Of a DNA stretch of 64,000 nucleotides, positions 44,435 to 53,765 are shown in pieces. Source of the stretch: an uncultured virus (IMG/VR IMGVR_UViG_3300026430_000073) (taxonomy: Duplodnaviria; Heunggongvirae; Uroviricota; Caudoviricetes); the IMG/VR virus record IMGVR_UViG_3300026430_000073, positions 1 through 64,000 of that record, one strand, 5' to 3'. The translations under genes were made by a program, and so were the position numbers. Every line of letters starts with the position of its first letter. Position 1 is the first letter of the stretch. The notes under the pieces were generated by a model. The model did not search any database. It had not been told where the DNA came from and saw only the letters and a list, made by a program, of their open reading frames with translations.

Positions 44435-44968
44435 ATGTCCACAGAAGCCCTCCCAAGCAATAACGAAGATTCCCACGTAGTCGTACTCGATGCGGGAATC
44501 GCCTCACGCGACAAGATGGTGCAGAAGCATCGCGATGTTCTACAGAACGCCAGACTCTTCATGTTGCGTGTCTACCTGATGGTCACCATTGCTGGGATCA
44601 TCATGATTGGCGCTATCGGCTGGATCGGCTGGGATACCAAGAAGACTGGTTATCTGTCGTACCCAGTGGACTGCAAGATTACCAAGAATGACGCCACCGT
44701 CAACGGCACCAGAACATTCGGTCAGCCCTTCATCGACTTCTACGGCGCGTACCGTCACATGAACAAGCTGGAGACTACCGAGAAGACCACTATCAAACTC
44801 ACAGGCGATGATACCGAAGTCATCGGTCTGATGAAAGATGGGTCATGGTGGTGGAAGAATGCAAGTAAGGGAGAGTTCGGTAATCTCCCTATCGAACACG
44901 CCGATCAGTATGTAATCATGGTCGGTAATAAGCGAACGGTATTCACCGATCGCGAATTCTGTAAGTAG
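44435..44968 (+). CDS. Single-pass membrane protein
   Basis: TM helix at aa ~45-65. Confidence 0.7.
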   Translation: MSTEALPSNNEDSHVVVLDAGIASRDKMVQKHRDVLQNARLFMLRVYLMVTIAGIIMIGAIGWIGWDTKKTGYLSYPVDCKITKNDATVNGTRTFGQPFIDFYGAYRHMNKLETTEKTTIKLTGDDTEVIGLMKDGSWWWKNASKGEFGNLPIEHADQYVIMVGNKRTVFTDREFCK

Positions 44969-44980
44969 GAGGTAATCGCT

Positions 44981-45184
44981 ATGTCTGAAGTAATTCGTGG
45001 GGCTAAGCAGATCAATGATCGTCTCCTCGAGTTGCTCGAGGAACAGGCGATCACCCCTGATCAGTTCACGGACGCCGAATCGATCATTATCGCCACGCCA
45101 GATGTGGAGATGATCCTCACCTATTTTAACGGCAGTCCAATAATCAACATCAAGGCCGGCGGCATAGACCTCGGCTTCTTCTAA
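44981..45184 (+). CDS. Hypothetical protein
   Basis: AGGAGGT RBS. Confidence 0.65.
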   Translation: MSEVIRGAKQINDRLLELLEEQAITPDQFTDAESIIIATPDVEMILTYFNGSPIINIKAGGIDLGFF

Positions 45185-45193
45185 GGAGTCCTC

Positions 45194-45532
45194 GTGGATA
45201 TTCTCGAATTCCTCTCTGCGAAGTTCAGCGGTGAGTTGCTGGAACGTTTCAAATACCTCACTGAGAAGCAGAAGGTTCCGCTGGATCTGTTTCGTGATGA
45301 AGCTAACCAGGAAGTGCTTGCGCGCTACCTGATGGGCGAGATTGCTGAACTGATCAGCAAGCATGACAGCGAGAACGCTTGGATCGATATCTCGATCTAC
45401 TCGTTCATGCTCCACATCCTCGGTGCTGAAACCGCGGGTGAAATCATCAGTACCTATCAGCGGGCAGCCTCGGAGGTCCCAGCAGTGGGTATCGCCCAGG
45501 CTCACGCTATCGACATCAGCAGTTTGGAATAG
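45194..45532 (+). CDS. Hypothetical protein
   Basis: AAGGAG RBS. Confidence 0.65.
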   Translation: MDILEFLSAKFSGELLERFKYLTEKQKVPLDLFRDEANQEVLARYLMGEIAELISKHDSENAWIDISIYSFMLHILGAETAGEIISTYQRAASEVPAVGIAQAHAIDISSLE

Positions 45533-45541
45533 GAGTACACC

Positions 45542-45637
45542 ATGGCTACATTTGTAGGCTGGGTTGTAATCATTGGACTGGGTCTTTACGGACTCAAAGC
45601 CCTGTACGATAAATACGGTAATAACGACAAGGGCTAA
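45542..45637 (+). CDS. Small membrane peptide (31 aa)
   Basis: AGGAG RBS; MATFVGWVVIIGLGLYGLKALYDKYGNNDKG. Confidence 0.55.
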   Translation: MATFVGWVVIIGLGLYGLKALYDKYGNNDKG

Positions 45638-45737
45638 CAGCATAGATGCCGGGGCTTAATCGCCCCGGCATTTTGATCTCTTTTATTTTGTTACAGTGAC
45701 ACATTATAGAATAGATGTCAACTTAGGAATTCGTGTC

Positions 45738-46313
45738 ATGGCTTACGATCCACTCGACGCGTTACTGCGCATGGCGCTGATAGTCGAATACGTAAAAGAT
45801 AAGAAGGAACAGAAGAAGAAACTCATCAAGTTATCCAAACGCTGCACCCGCTCTGTCCAGGAAGCGATGGTCAATAAAGTCATCGACGCCCCTGGCCGTA
45901 AAGAGATGGTCTATTTCCTTGCCGACGGCCTGCTCGATCTGTATGAATGCTCGACCGAGATCTCGAAGATGGGGCGACCTGGCTTTGTGATCTATGAGGG
46001 CGAAGCTATCCCTCTGGACATACAGCTGCGGGACCCTAAGGTAATGCGAGAACAGGATGGTAACAAGCATCCCGTCGAACACTACCGCAAGGACGTCGTC
46101 GAGGACAGGGCGTGGATAATTGCAAACGAGCATGAGATGGTGGCAGCCGCCGCTCACGCTCTGATGAACTTCCTTAACATAGAGCGAGTTGCATGCGAAG
46201 TCGTCCTGTTCAAGACCAGGGGCTTCTCAGGCACTCGTCAAAGCATCGAGGTAGAACGTGGTGTCGCAGGGAAATTCAACAAACGCATCGGTAAGTCGAA
46301 CTACTACTTCTAA
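45738..46313 (+). CDS. Hypothetical protein
   Basis: AGGA RBS before ATG 45738; GACACATTAT promoter-like motif at 45698. Confidence 0.7.
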   Translation: MAYDPLDALLRMALIVEYVKDKKEQKKKLIKLSKRCTRSVQEAMVNKVIDAPGRKEMVYFLADGLLDLYECSTEISKMGRPGFVIYEGEAIPLDIQLRDPKVMREQDGNKHPVEHYRKDVVEDRAWIIANEHEMVAAAAHALMNFLNIERVACEVVLFKTRGFSGTRQSIEVERGVAGKFNKRIGKSNYYF

Positions 46314-46325
46314 TAGGGGATACGG

Positions 46326-47012
46326 ATGTTGATTCGTCACTTCGGTAGAAATAAGTTTGGTCGCGATATTGCGATCGGCGATATCCACGGTTGCTGGGAC
46401 CGTGTCGAGCGGGGACTCGAAGAGATCGGCTTCGATAAGCAGTACGATCGTCTGTTCAGCGTCGGCGACCTGGTAGACCGTGGACCCCAGAGCAGCCAAT
46501 CGCTCTGGTGGTTGTCTCAGCCATGGTTCTTCGCTGTACGCGGCAACCATGATCAGTACGTCGTCGACTGGCGTCAACGCCCTGTAGACAAGTGGGTCTC
46601 TGAAGGTGGTTCGTGGTTCCAGAACTTCAAAGAAGAGCACAAAGATGAATGGGCTGCCGCGTTCGGCAAGCTGCCCATCGGGATGGAGATCGAGACTGAA
46701 GAAGGTCTGGTCTGCATCGTCCACGCTGACGTGATGTTCGATACCTGGGAAACCTTCAAGGAGTACCTCCACTCGAAGGATCACCGCATCGCATGGCTTG
46801 TGCGTAACGCCGTGCAGGGTTCTCGCAACCGCTACCAGATCCGTGATGAGCGCCCAGTGCGCGATATCCGCGCCTTGGTGGTCGGTCACTGCAAAGTAGC
46901 AGAGCCGCTGATCGTAGCGAACATCCACCACATCGACACCGAGGGTTGGAAGAAGGGTTACTTCACCTTCTACGACCTCGCTACCTTGGAGCCTATCCGT
47001 GCGCAAGCTTAA
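46326..47012 (+). CDS. Ser/Thr protein phosphatase (PphA/NinI-like metallophosphoesterase)
   Basis: GDIHG, GDLVDRGP, RGNHD, HA, GH, IDT motifs. Confidence 0.9.
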   Translation: MLIRHFGRNKFGRDIAIGDIHGCWDRVERGLEEIGFDKQYDRLFSVGDLVDRGPQSSQSLWWLSQPWFFAVRGNHDQYVVDWRQRPVDKWVSEGGSWFQNFKEEHKDEWAAAFGKLPIGMEIETEEGLVCIVHADVMFDTWETFKEYLHSKDHRIAWLVRNAVQGSRNRYQIRDERPVRDIRALVVGHCKVAEPLIVANIHHIDTEGWKKGYFTFYDLATLEPIRAQA

Positions 47013-47316
47013 GCACTACTTCGGCGGTAACCGCAAGCTCACCAAGCGTGCGCTGGGTTACCAGCTGCGCCAAGCGTACAATCTCCTTGAGGCTGAGGTC
47101 CGTACCGTGACCGCCGCTGCTCTGGGCGATACGCCGTTCCGCGTCATCATGGGCAGCAATTACGGCCCCGCTGACTGGGCCATCGAGGTGAAGACCTTCG
47201 AAGGCTATGCGTGGATCGAGGGCACTGACCCTAACTTCGAGAAACGCATCCTCCAATACTCCAGCCATCCGCTTGAGGAGTTGGCGCCTCTACATCTGTT
47301 GGAGGGTCTTCGTTGA
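46999..47316 (+). CDS. Hypothetical protein
   Basis: GGAG RBS, GTG start. Confidence 0.6.
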   Translation: MRKLKHYFGGNRKLTKRALGYQLRQAYNLLEAEVRTVTAAALGDTPFRVIMGSNYGPADWAIEVKTFEGYAWIEGTDPNFEKRILQYSSHPLEELAPLHLLEGLR

Positions 47317-47528
47317 TCACTCTGACCTATGGGGAGCTCTGGCTCCTCATTTACCTAGTCGGCGGCGTAATCACCGTCATGTGGGGAAACCTCCTGAAGG
47401 ATCCCCGCTATGCGGAAGCCTGGATTCCGTTCGGGTGCGCCGTACTCTGGCCGATCTACCTCTTCTGCGGCATCATCTGGTGCGTCTGCAAATTCTTCTA
47501 CGTCGTCTTCGATCTATTAAGGGACTAA
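47313..47528 (+). CDS. Small membrane protein
   Basis: Hydrophobic; 'LWPI' motif common in phage membrane peptides. Confidence 0.6.
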   Translation: MITLTYGELWLLIYLVGGVITVMWGNLLKDPRYAEAWIPFGCAVLWPIYLFCGIIWCVCKFFYVVFDLLRD

Positions 47529-47529
47529 C

Positions 47530-47910
47530 ATGATCATTCCATTCCGCTACAAATTCAGCATCGGCGTTCTAGTGTTTGTTCTTCTGGGTGCGATGTTGTT
47601 CGCCATGGGTGTGATCAATGACACCATCATGCTCGCGATCCCAGAGTTCCCGGCCACGGCCATGTTCTATATCGCTGTCTACAGCGCCGCCATTGCGTTC
47701 CCGATCGGCAAGTGCATCCAACGCTTCAGCGACAAGCTCGAAGCCATGTCCCGCACTCGACATGAACGCATCACCAGGATGCTGATGTCACAGTGGCTGA
47801 GTCAGAACATGCACCAGCTTCACCCTGGTCAGTACAAGCGCGGCGATAACGTTAAGATCTCTCTGACGTTCACCGTGGATGAATGGAAGACGATCAGGAA
47901 TATGGCCTGA
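47530..47910 (+). CDS. Membrane protein
   Basis: Two N-terminal TM helices. Confidence 0.65.
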   Translation: MIIPFRYKFSIGVLVFVLLGAMLFAMGVINDTIMLAIPEFPATAMFYIAVYSAAIAFPIGKCIQRFSDKLEAMSRTRHERITRMLMSQWLSQNMHQLHPGQYKRGDNVKISLTFTVDEWKTIRNMA

Positions 47911-48026
47911 TGTGTCGGTGTGGGAAGACTTGTAACTGTATCGACTGGACTGAAGCCAAGGGCGCATTGATCGCCTTTGGCATCGTCGCAGTCATCGTAG
48001 GCTTTGCCTGGTTAAGGAGCTGCTGA
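47910..48026 (+). CDS. Small Cys-rich membrane peptide (38 aa)
   Basis: MCRCGKTCNCIDW...TM; TGATG coupling on both sides. Confidence 0.6.
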   Translation: MCRCGKTCNCIDWTEAKGALIAFGIVAVIVGFAWLRSC

Positions 48027-48463
48027 TGTTTAGTGACGATGGTGGTGGTCCTTATTACCCCTCGGCGACATTCGAGGTGACCCCACCACCTCCGCCAGCA
48101 TTAACGAGCTGGGAAGACAAGCAGAATATGTTTGACGCCGCATTAGGGCGGATGCTGGGTGCGCATCGACAACTGGCTTCCCAATTCGGCTACGTCGCCG
48201 GGATCTCAGCGATCGTACCGAAAGGCATGAAGGTTGGGGATAACTCGGTAATCCACCCTAATGTGAAGATCCCTCTCAAAAGCGATGGCGAGTTCTGCTA
48301 CGGCAGGAAGCGCTTCGAAGCGGGCGGTCGGTGGTACGAAGCTGCGGTTGTCGTACATATCGCGACAGGCGACACCAAATGGTGGTGGTTGGATAACACA
48401 GAGCCGGAAGCATCTTCCCGACATGTGATCAACAACATCGGTTGGGGAACTAAGGTAGGGTAG
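48026..48463 (+). CDS. Hypothetical protein
   Basis: AAGGAG RBS. Confidence 0.65.
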   Translation: MFSDDGGGPYYPSATFEVTPPPPPALTSWEDKQNMFDAALGRMLGAHRQLASQFGYVAGISAIVPKGMKVGDNSVIHPNVKIPLKSDGEFCYGRKRFEAGGRWYEAAVVVHIATGDTKWWWLDNTEPEASSRHVINNIGWGTKVG

Positions 48464-48527
48464 TCCGTAACTTTTTACTGGCACATTGCCTTATATGTAA
48501 AGCACTGCCGCCGCATTAAGGGTTTGG

Positions 48528-48791
48528 ATGTTCGGATCCTTCAGCGCCTTAGGTCTCGCATTCCGGCTCCTCGAACTCTCCGTCAAACGCTTCAACCGCT
48601 ACCTCCAGATACCCACCTACGAGGAAGAGGATTGCTGCACTGACGGGGAGGAAGATGACGATTACCTCGAATACGTTCTCCGCATGATCGGCGGATGTTC
48701 GTGGTCGTGGCAATCATCGGGGCGATTCCTTGGCACCCACAGTCACGCCGCCGAGATCTGGACTCGGTTTGGCATGGCCCAGACTCCCTGA
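48528..48791 (+). CDS. Small acidic hypothetical protein (in a highly structured transcript)
   Basis: Third-position C bias supports coding; weak RBS. Confidence 0.45.
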   Translation: MFGSFSALGLAFRLLELSVKRFNRYLQIPTYEEEDCCTDGEEDDDYLEYVLRMIGGCSWSWQSSGRFLGTHSHAAEIWTRFGMAQTP

Positions 48792-48854
48792 CGCCTTTGG
48801 GACTTTAATCACCCACCCCACTGATAAGCGTAGATAGTCAACCAAGAGACGGGA

Positions 48855-49090
48855 TGACCGCTCAAATTAGGCGTCTGTGTGATGCCGCGATACCACGGCG
48901 ACAATCTGTTGGGTAGCGGGAGATGAAGCAACACTCTGGCTTGCGCTCACAGACCGTCGAGTATAGAAGCACCGTCACCTCCTAAATATGAAGGCGTAAC
49001 TGGGATCGCCGCTATTCCTTGATCAAGGATAGTGGGACCGCCAGAGCGGGTTTCAGAATAGGAGGTGGCACGTTTCTACCTCTATGCCGC
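48855..49090 (+). ncRNA. Candidate structured non-coding RNA
   Basis: ORF-free; GTCTGTG/CACAGAC, GTCACCTCCTA/TAGGAGGTGGC, TAGAAGC/GTTTCTA, CTCTGGC/GCCAGAG pairings. Confidence 0.5.
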
Positions 49091-49125
49091 CAATAACATG
49101 AAACCTAATTCAAAGGACTCTCGTC

Positions 49126-49662
49126 ATGGCGTCATGGAACCCTAAGTTTACACCAAGTTTTACGCCGCAAGAGATGCTCGAGAAGGGCGTCTTCGAAGGC
49201 AAATACATCAATAGCGTCAAAGGGGTACCTGAGGCTTGGAAGAAATATCCGAGAGTATTAGGTCCCAAAGATAGTCCGGACATAAGCCTGAACTTCTACG
49301 GCGTCAAATCCAGACAACCTCTTTCTGTCTGGCGCGCTAACGGTTGGATCAAGACCGATAAGTCTGGTTGGTTCGAATGGTACTGCCATTACTTCATGGG
49401 TCGTCGCCTAGGTAAGGAAGACGATTGGCAGATCGGTCGATGGAATAGCTTTGTAGCCAGGCACATGGGGCAGATCAAAGCTAACTGTACGCTGGCCGAT
49501 AAGAACTGCCGGCCTGTGCAGAGACAAGGCCTGCTGCAATGGGCGTGGGATTCGAACACCGCATTTACTGATGAGCAGCGTGAGAAGAACCTCGCAAGAA
49601 TTTTGAGTAAGTCTGGGACTAAGGTGGGTCTATCCACTGAGTCCAAGATGCTGACCTGGTAA
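49126..49662 (+). CDS. Conserved hypothetical protein
   Basis: F.P..TP.EML..GVF.G.Y, GWFEWYC.Y..GRR, QI.RW, RQ.LL.WA motifs. Confidence 0.7.
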   Translation: MASWNPKFTPSFTPQEMLEKGVFEGKYINSVKGVPEAWKKYPRVLGPKDSPDISLNFYGVKSRQPLSVWRANGWIKTDKSGWFEWYCHYFMGRRLGKEDDWQIGRWNSFVARHMGQIKANCTLADKNCRPVQRQGLLQWAWDSNTAFTDEQREKNLARILSKSGTKVGLSTESKMLTW

Positions 49663-49713
49663 ATTGGGCGGGAGTAATCCCGCCTTTATGCCGCACCTGA
49701 ATAAGGATTTAGG

Positions 49714-50064
49714 ATGATTAAAGAGACATTTCGGATTGAACTGATCGTGCCTGATGAGGAGAAGTTGAAGGTATTCTCGGAGAAGCTGGTTCCGAGGATT
49801 GTCAATACACTCGTCACATTGGGAATGAGCACGGCAGATCAGTTCAGCGAGCAGGAAGAACAATTCGTGCGCGTGCTGCGCGATGAGTTCAAACTACAGT
49901 TCGGTAAACAGTTCGGCCTATTCTCAGGAAAGTACCACCAAGCATTCGACGACATGGGACCTCGCTACGACTTGGGCCTTAAGGTCGGCGAAGGTGAGGC
50001 TGGAATGTATCCAATTCGGGTCGAACTGATCATCGTCCCAGAAGAAAAGACAACCCTGCACTAA
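49714..50064 (+). CDS. Hypothetical protein
   Basis: AAGGA RBS. Confidence 0.65.
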   Translation: MIKETFRIELIVPDEEKLKVFSEKLVPRIVNTLVTLGMSTADQFSEQEEQFVRVLRDEFKLQFGKQFGLFSGKYHQAFDDMGPRYDLGLKVGEGEAGMYPIRVELIIVPEEKTTLH

Positions 50065-50074
50065 GGAGAGCATC

Positions 50075-50329
50075 ATGACACTGCAACAAGCATTCAAAGT
50101 AACCAGCATGACTATCAGTTTCCCAGTTGGTCATGAAGGTTCCATCGACGTCAAAGCCCATCTGGTTGCGACTGGCCACTTCAACGAAGATGTCGAAATC
50201 GAAATCGACGAGAAGCTCGTTTGCGAAGAGAACGAGTTCGCAGATGTAGAAGTTGAAGGCACCACCATCAACTATAAGGCCCAGGCTGCCCACAACAAAA
50301 TGCTCGAAGTCACCATCTATATTCACTAA
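50075..50329 (+). CDS. Acidic hypothetical protein
   Basis: AAGGAG RBS. Confidence 0.65.
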   Translation: MTLQQAFKVTSMTISFPVGHEGSIDVKAHLVATGHFNEDVEIEIDEKLVCEENEFADVEVEGTTINYKAQAAHNKMLEVTIYIH

Positions 50330-50339
50330 GGAGAGTTGC

Positions 50340-50912
50340 ATGCAAGTAGTAGAAGTAGCGGCCCTGTTCAACCTCGCAGGTTACGAGCCCACTGAGTTCC
50401 AGAAGATCGAGAACGATTACTGGCCCGACCATCCGAACTACGACGACATGCGTAAGCAGTATCCGTGGTATCTCGTCAGCACTGAAGAGGGCCAGATCCG
50501 CATCGGCTGGCGGAAGCGCGTCATCTCGATTGATTGGTCGAAGACTTCCCGTCGCGGCAGCGTCACTGACGATGATGTCACCAAGAGCGATCACATGGTT
50601 CACGCCTGGAGTCTACCGAAAGCTCTGGAATACCTCACGGCCATTCGGCGTCTACCGGTCGTTGAGAATCCGACAGCCGAGGTGGAGTGTTATCAATACT
50701 CCGGCGTTGCCAAAGTTCGCGAAGGCATCAAGTTACTGGCGCTGAATGCCGACAATGGTCAGCTCGAGAAGATGCTGGCTTGGGTGGACCTCTTGCCGGA
50801 AACTGATGAGATCACTCTCACCGTTACCAGAAACCGCGCCTACCGCGGTCTGGAAGGCATGGCGTTCCACATCAACTACTACGGCGTCGACGTCCGTTTC
50901 GAAAGCAAGTAA
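50340..50912 (+). CDS. Phage hypothetical protein
   Basis: AAGGAG RBS before ATG 50340; PWYLV.T..G.I.IGWRKRVI.IDW motif. Confidence 0.7.
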   Translation: MQVVEVAALFNLAGYEPTEFQKIENDYWPDHPNYDDMRKQYPWYLVSTEEGQIRIGWRKRVISIDWSKTSRRGSVTDDDVTKSDHMVHAWSLPKALEYLTAIRRLPVVENPTAEVECYQYSGVAKVREGIKLLALNADNGQLEKMLAWVDLLPETDEITLTVTRNRAYRGLEGMAFHINYYGVDVRFESK

Positions 50913-50974
50913 TTCCCAGCAATACAAAACCCCGGCGGTGAGAGTCTCACCGCCACTAACTAATTAGGAGTGAC

Positions 50975-51385
50975 ATGATGTCCTACCGTCCACAAGTTAC
51001 CGAAGCAAACTTCCAGAAGAAACGCGTCCTGATCGATCCCCGCAAGAAGTTCGTAGGTGCGTTCAAGAACCCTAACATCAAACTGTTCCTGCCAACTGAT
51101 CAACTCGGTAACGCGACTTGCCCTACCAAGGCATGCCGTATGGAATGCTGGACTCCTGATTTCGAAGCTGCTAACCCGCGCATGCCTGGCGTGTTCGAAA
51201 GCAGCGGCGTGGGCCTGAGCAATGCAGTCATTAAGCTCGAAGGCGATGACGTTTACGCCTCCCTGGTGCAGAGCGTCGCTCTGAGCGGCTTGACCGTTCT
51301 CAATGGCTGGCTCAAGACCATGAAGCGTACGCCTGAAGGCGACATTCACTCCTTCGAAGTATTCATCGGTCAGGGTGGTCTGTAA
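50975..51385 (+). CDS. Hypothetical protein
   Basis: AGGAG RBS. Confidence 0.65.
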   Translation: MMSYRPQVTEANFQKKRVLIDPRKKFVGAFKNPNIKLFLPTDQLGNATCPTKACRMECWTPDFEAANPRMPGVFESSGVGLSNAVIKLEGDDVYASLVQSVALSGLTVLNGWLKTMKRTPEGDIHSFEVFIGQGGL

Positions 51386-52284
51386 TGGCTAAGCGTGCAC
51401 TCGTCCTCTTCTCTGGTGGGATGGACTCCACTTACCTCATGTGGGAAATGGCAGAGGCAGGAACTCAGGTCGACTACATCTACGCTGACGGCGCCCAGGG
51501 TCGCAATAAGTCTTCCGTCGAAGAGGACTCCCGCGGGGAGATCATCAGCCTGATCAAAGAGTATTGGCCAGGCTGGTATCCGCATGGCGGCGGGCGTGTG
51601 TTGTCGAAGGTCAATCTGTCGGCGACGCCTAAAGCCAAGTGGCGTCAAGCGCTACCTTGGATGGTAGCTGCAATCGAGATGGTCGATCCCGATGTCCACA
51701 CCTCGGTCAACATCGGCTATTGCGCTGACGATGACACGCTGCAAGAGATGCACTCGATGATCGAGGCGTGGAATGCCATGTGGCGTTTCACCAAGAAAGG
51801 TGATGTCGTCCCCTTGAAGTTCCCGTTGCGACACACTACCAAGTTCGCCATGATGCGCGATCTCCCACCAGAGATCTACGCTGCTACCTGGGTCTGTGAA
51901 CTACCGACTACCAATGCCCGTAAGGGCGCTACAGCGTGCGGGCGTTGCGAGCCGTGCATGACGCGTGAAGTGGAGAAGTTCCGCTTCAAGCTGAAGACGC
52001 ACAAGACTCTGGAAGAACATCACGAGTCCATCGCCAAACGCTGCGAAGATCTCAAGGAGCGTAACCGCAACAAGTGGCGACAGGCAGTGGAATCGGAGCA
52101 CACCTCCTCCGCACCGCAAGAAGTCAAACAACTCACTGCGCCTGTCGAGCGTACCGTCACCGGCGGTGAGGTGATTCGGATTCCGATCAGCAAGACTCCC
52201 GTAACGGATCAGATGCGCCAGCTTCTCGATGAGAACCCCGACATGGAGATGGAAGACGCTATCCATCGTCTGGCTGAGATGTAA
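51385..52284 (+). CDS. QueC-like PP-loop ATPase
   Basis: LVLFSGGMDST; TWVC...CGRCEPC zinc site. Confidence 0.75.
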   Translation: MAKRALVLFSGGMDSTYLMWEMAEAGTQVDYIYADGAQGRNKSSVEEDSRGEIISLIKEYWPGWYPHGGGRVLSKVNLSATPKAKWRQALPWMVAAIEMVDPDVHTSVNIGYCADDDTLQEMHSMIEAWNAMWRFTKKGDVVPLKFPLRHTTKFAMMRDLPPEIYAATWVCELPTTNARKGATACGRCEPCMTREVEKFRFKLKTHKTLEEHHESIAKRCEDLKERNRNKWRQAVESEHTSSAPQEVKQLTAPVERTVTGGEVIRIPISKTPVTDQMRQLLDENPDMEMEDAIHRLAEM

Positions 52285-52348
52285 ACGATTGGGTCGGGAA
52301 ACCGACCCTTTCTTTTTTGTGTACTTAAATACCAAGAGCAATGAAAGT

Positions 52349-52831
52349 ATGGAAACTTACGACGTTCAGATCGAACTGTATCATAAGTCCATCGGCCTGA
52401 AAATCACCCGACTGGTTAAGCATCCGTCCGGCGAACAGATGGAGAAGATGGAAGACCAGCATTTCATGGCTGCCATGATGCACGTCTGCGGCACGCTGGA
52501 AGTGCTGGACGGTGACTACCCTGTCAAAGTCGCCAGGCGGTTAAACGAGGCTGTCGATAGCGTCCCCAATCTGGCAGCGCTAGTTCGCCACATTGGTTGT
52601 GATGGTATCGTTGTATCCTATCGCCGCCGTAACCGGAACTACAATCCTAATCAGGTTGTTATGTCCACTGAGGCTTATTTCAAGCTCAAGAACATTGCTA
52701 CCAAGCACGTAATCACAATGACCGATGCGAAAGAGCTGGTCAAAATATTCAGACACGTCCGTCATTGGAACGAGCATATCGCAAACATGTTTGCGAAGAT
52801 CAATCCCAATAAACGGCATAGAAAACCTTAA
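52349..52831 (+). CDS. Hypothetical protein
   Basis: Start after terminator 52291-52318. Confidence 0.65.
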   Translation: METYDVQIELYHKSIGLKITRLVKHPSGEQMEKMEDQHFMAAMMHVCGTLEVLDGDYPVKVARRLNEAVDSVPNLAALVRHIGCDGIVVSYRRRNRNYNPNQVVMSTEAYFKLKNIATKHVITMTDAKELVKIFRHVRHWNEHIANMFAKINPNKRHRKP

Positions 52832-52840
52832 GGATAACCG

Positions 52841-53584
52841 ATGCTGCTGTCCGATCGTCAAATTCAGGCGCGTTGCATGCGCCCTAACCACTTCATGCGT
52901 CGCGATGGTTTCTGGGAACCGATCATTCCGGGCGTCACCCATACGCCAGAGATCGTGGCGAATATGGAGAAGCGTCGCTGGATGGGGTTGGAGACTCCAA
53001 AGGATGACGAGGACTGCTCCCGCTTCGGTTGGCGGCCCATGATCTGGCCGTTCTCTCCAGAGGCTAACCGCTTCAACGAGAAGGGTACCAAGATCATCAG
53101 CTGGGGCACCAGCTCCTACGGCTACGACATTCGCATCAAGGCCGACGGTATCAAGCTGTTCACCAACCTCACCGGTGAGATCGTCGATCCGATGCGGCCG
53201 TATGGCGACCAGCTCATGGACCCGGTGATCCACTTCGATGAAGAGTTCGGTCTGCACTACTTCATCCTGCCGCCTAACAGTCTGGCGCTGGCCCACACCG
53301 TCGAATACTTCGTTATTCCGCGTGACCTGCTGGTGACCTGCCTTGGCAAGTCCACCTATGCCCGCGTTGGCCTGTCTCAGCTAGTTACCCCGCTGGAGCC
53401 GGAATGGGAAGGCGAGCTGGTTCTCGAGATCGCTTCGATGACCAACAGCCCAACCCGCGTGTACCTCGGCTGCGGTATCGCTCAGCTGCTGTTCCACACT
53501 GTCTCTGAAGTCTGCAGAATCAGCTACAAAGACAAAGGCGGTAAATACCAAGGGCAGCGCGGAACCACACTCGCAAGGACTTGA
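52841..53584 (+). CDS. dcd: dCTP deaminase with N-terminal insertion
   Basis: ISWGTSSYGYDIR, GKSTYARVG, TPLEPEWEG, SYKDKGGKYQGQ. Confidence 0.92.
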   Translation: MLLSDRQIQARCMRPNHFMRRDGFWEPIIPGVTHTPEIVANMEKRRWMGLETPKDDEDCSRFGWRPMIWPFSPEANRFNEKGTKIISWGTSSYGYDIRIKADGIKLFTNLTGEIVDPMRPYGDQLMDPVIHFDEEFGLHYFILPPNSLALAHTVEYFVIPRDLLVTCLGKSTYARVGLSQLVTPLEPEWEGELVLEIASMTNSPTRVYLGCGIAQLLFHTVSEVCRISYKDKGGKYQGQRGTTLART

Positions 53585-53585
53585 C

Positions 53586-53756
53586 ATGCGTCCACGTAAG
53601 TTCAAGGTCTACAACAAGACCACTAACCAGTGGTCTAAGGTAGAGGGCGAAGAAGCCCTCGCCAAACTCGTCAACTTACCCGTCTCGGATATCCCGCGCC
53701 TAGCCATCTTCAAGATGACTGTCGGTGAATGGCAGATTTACGAGACCTCTCTGTGA
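53586..53756 (+). CDS. Small hypothetical protein (56 aa)
   Basis: AAGGA RBS; MRPRKFKVYNKTT... Confidence 0.55.
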   Translation: MRPRKFKVYNKTTNQWSKVEGEEALAKLVNLPVSDIPRLAIFKMTVGEWQIYETSL

Positions 53757-53765
53757 GGTAAAGGA

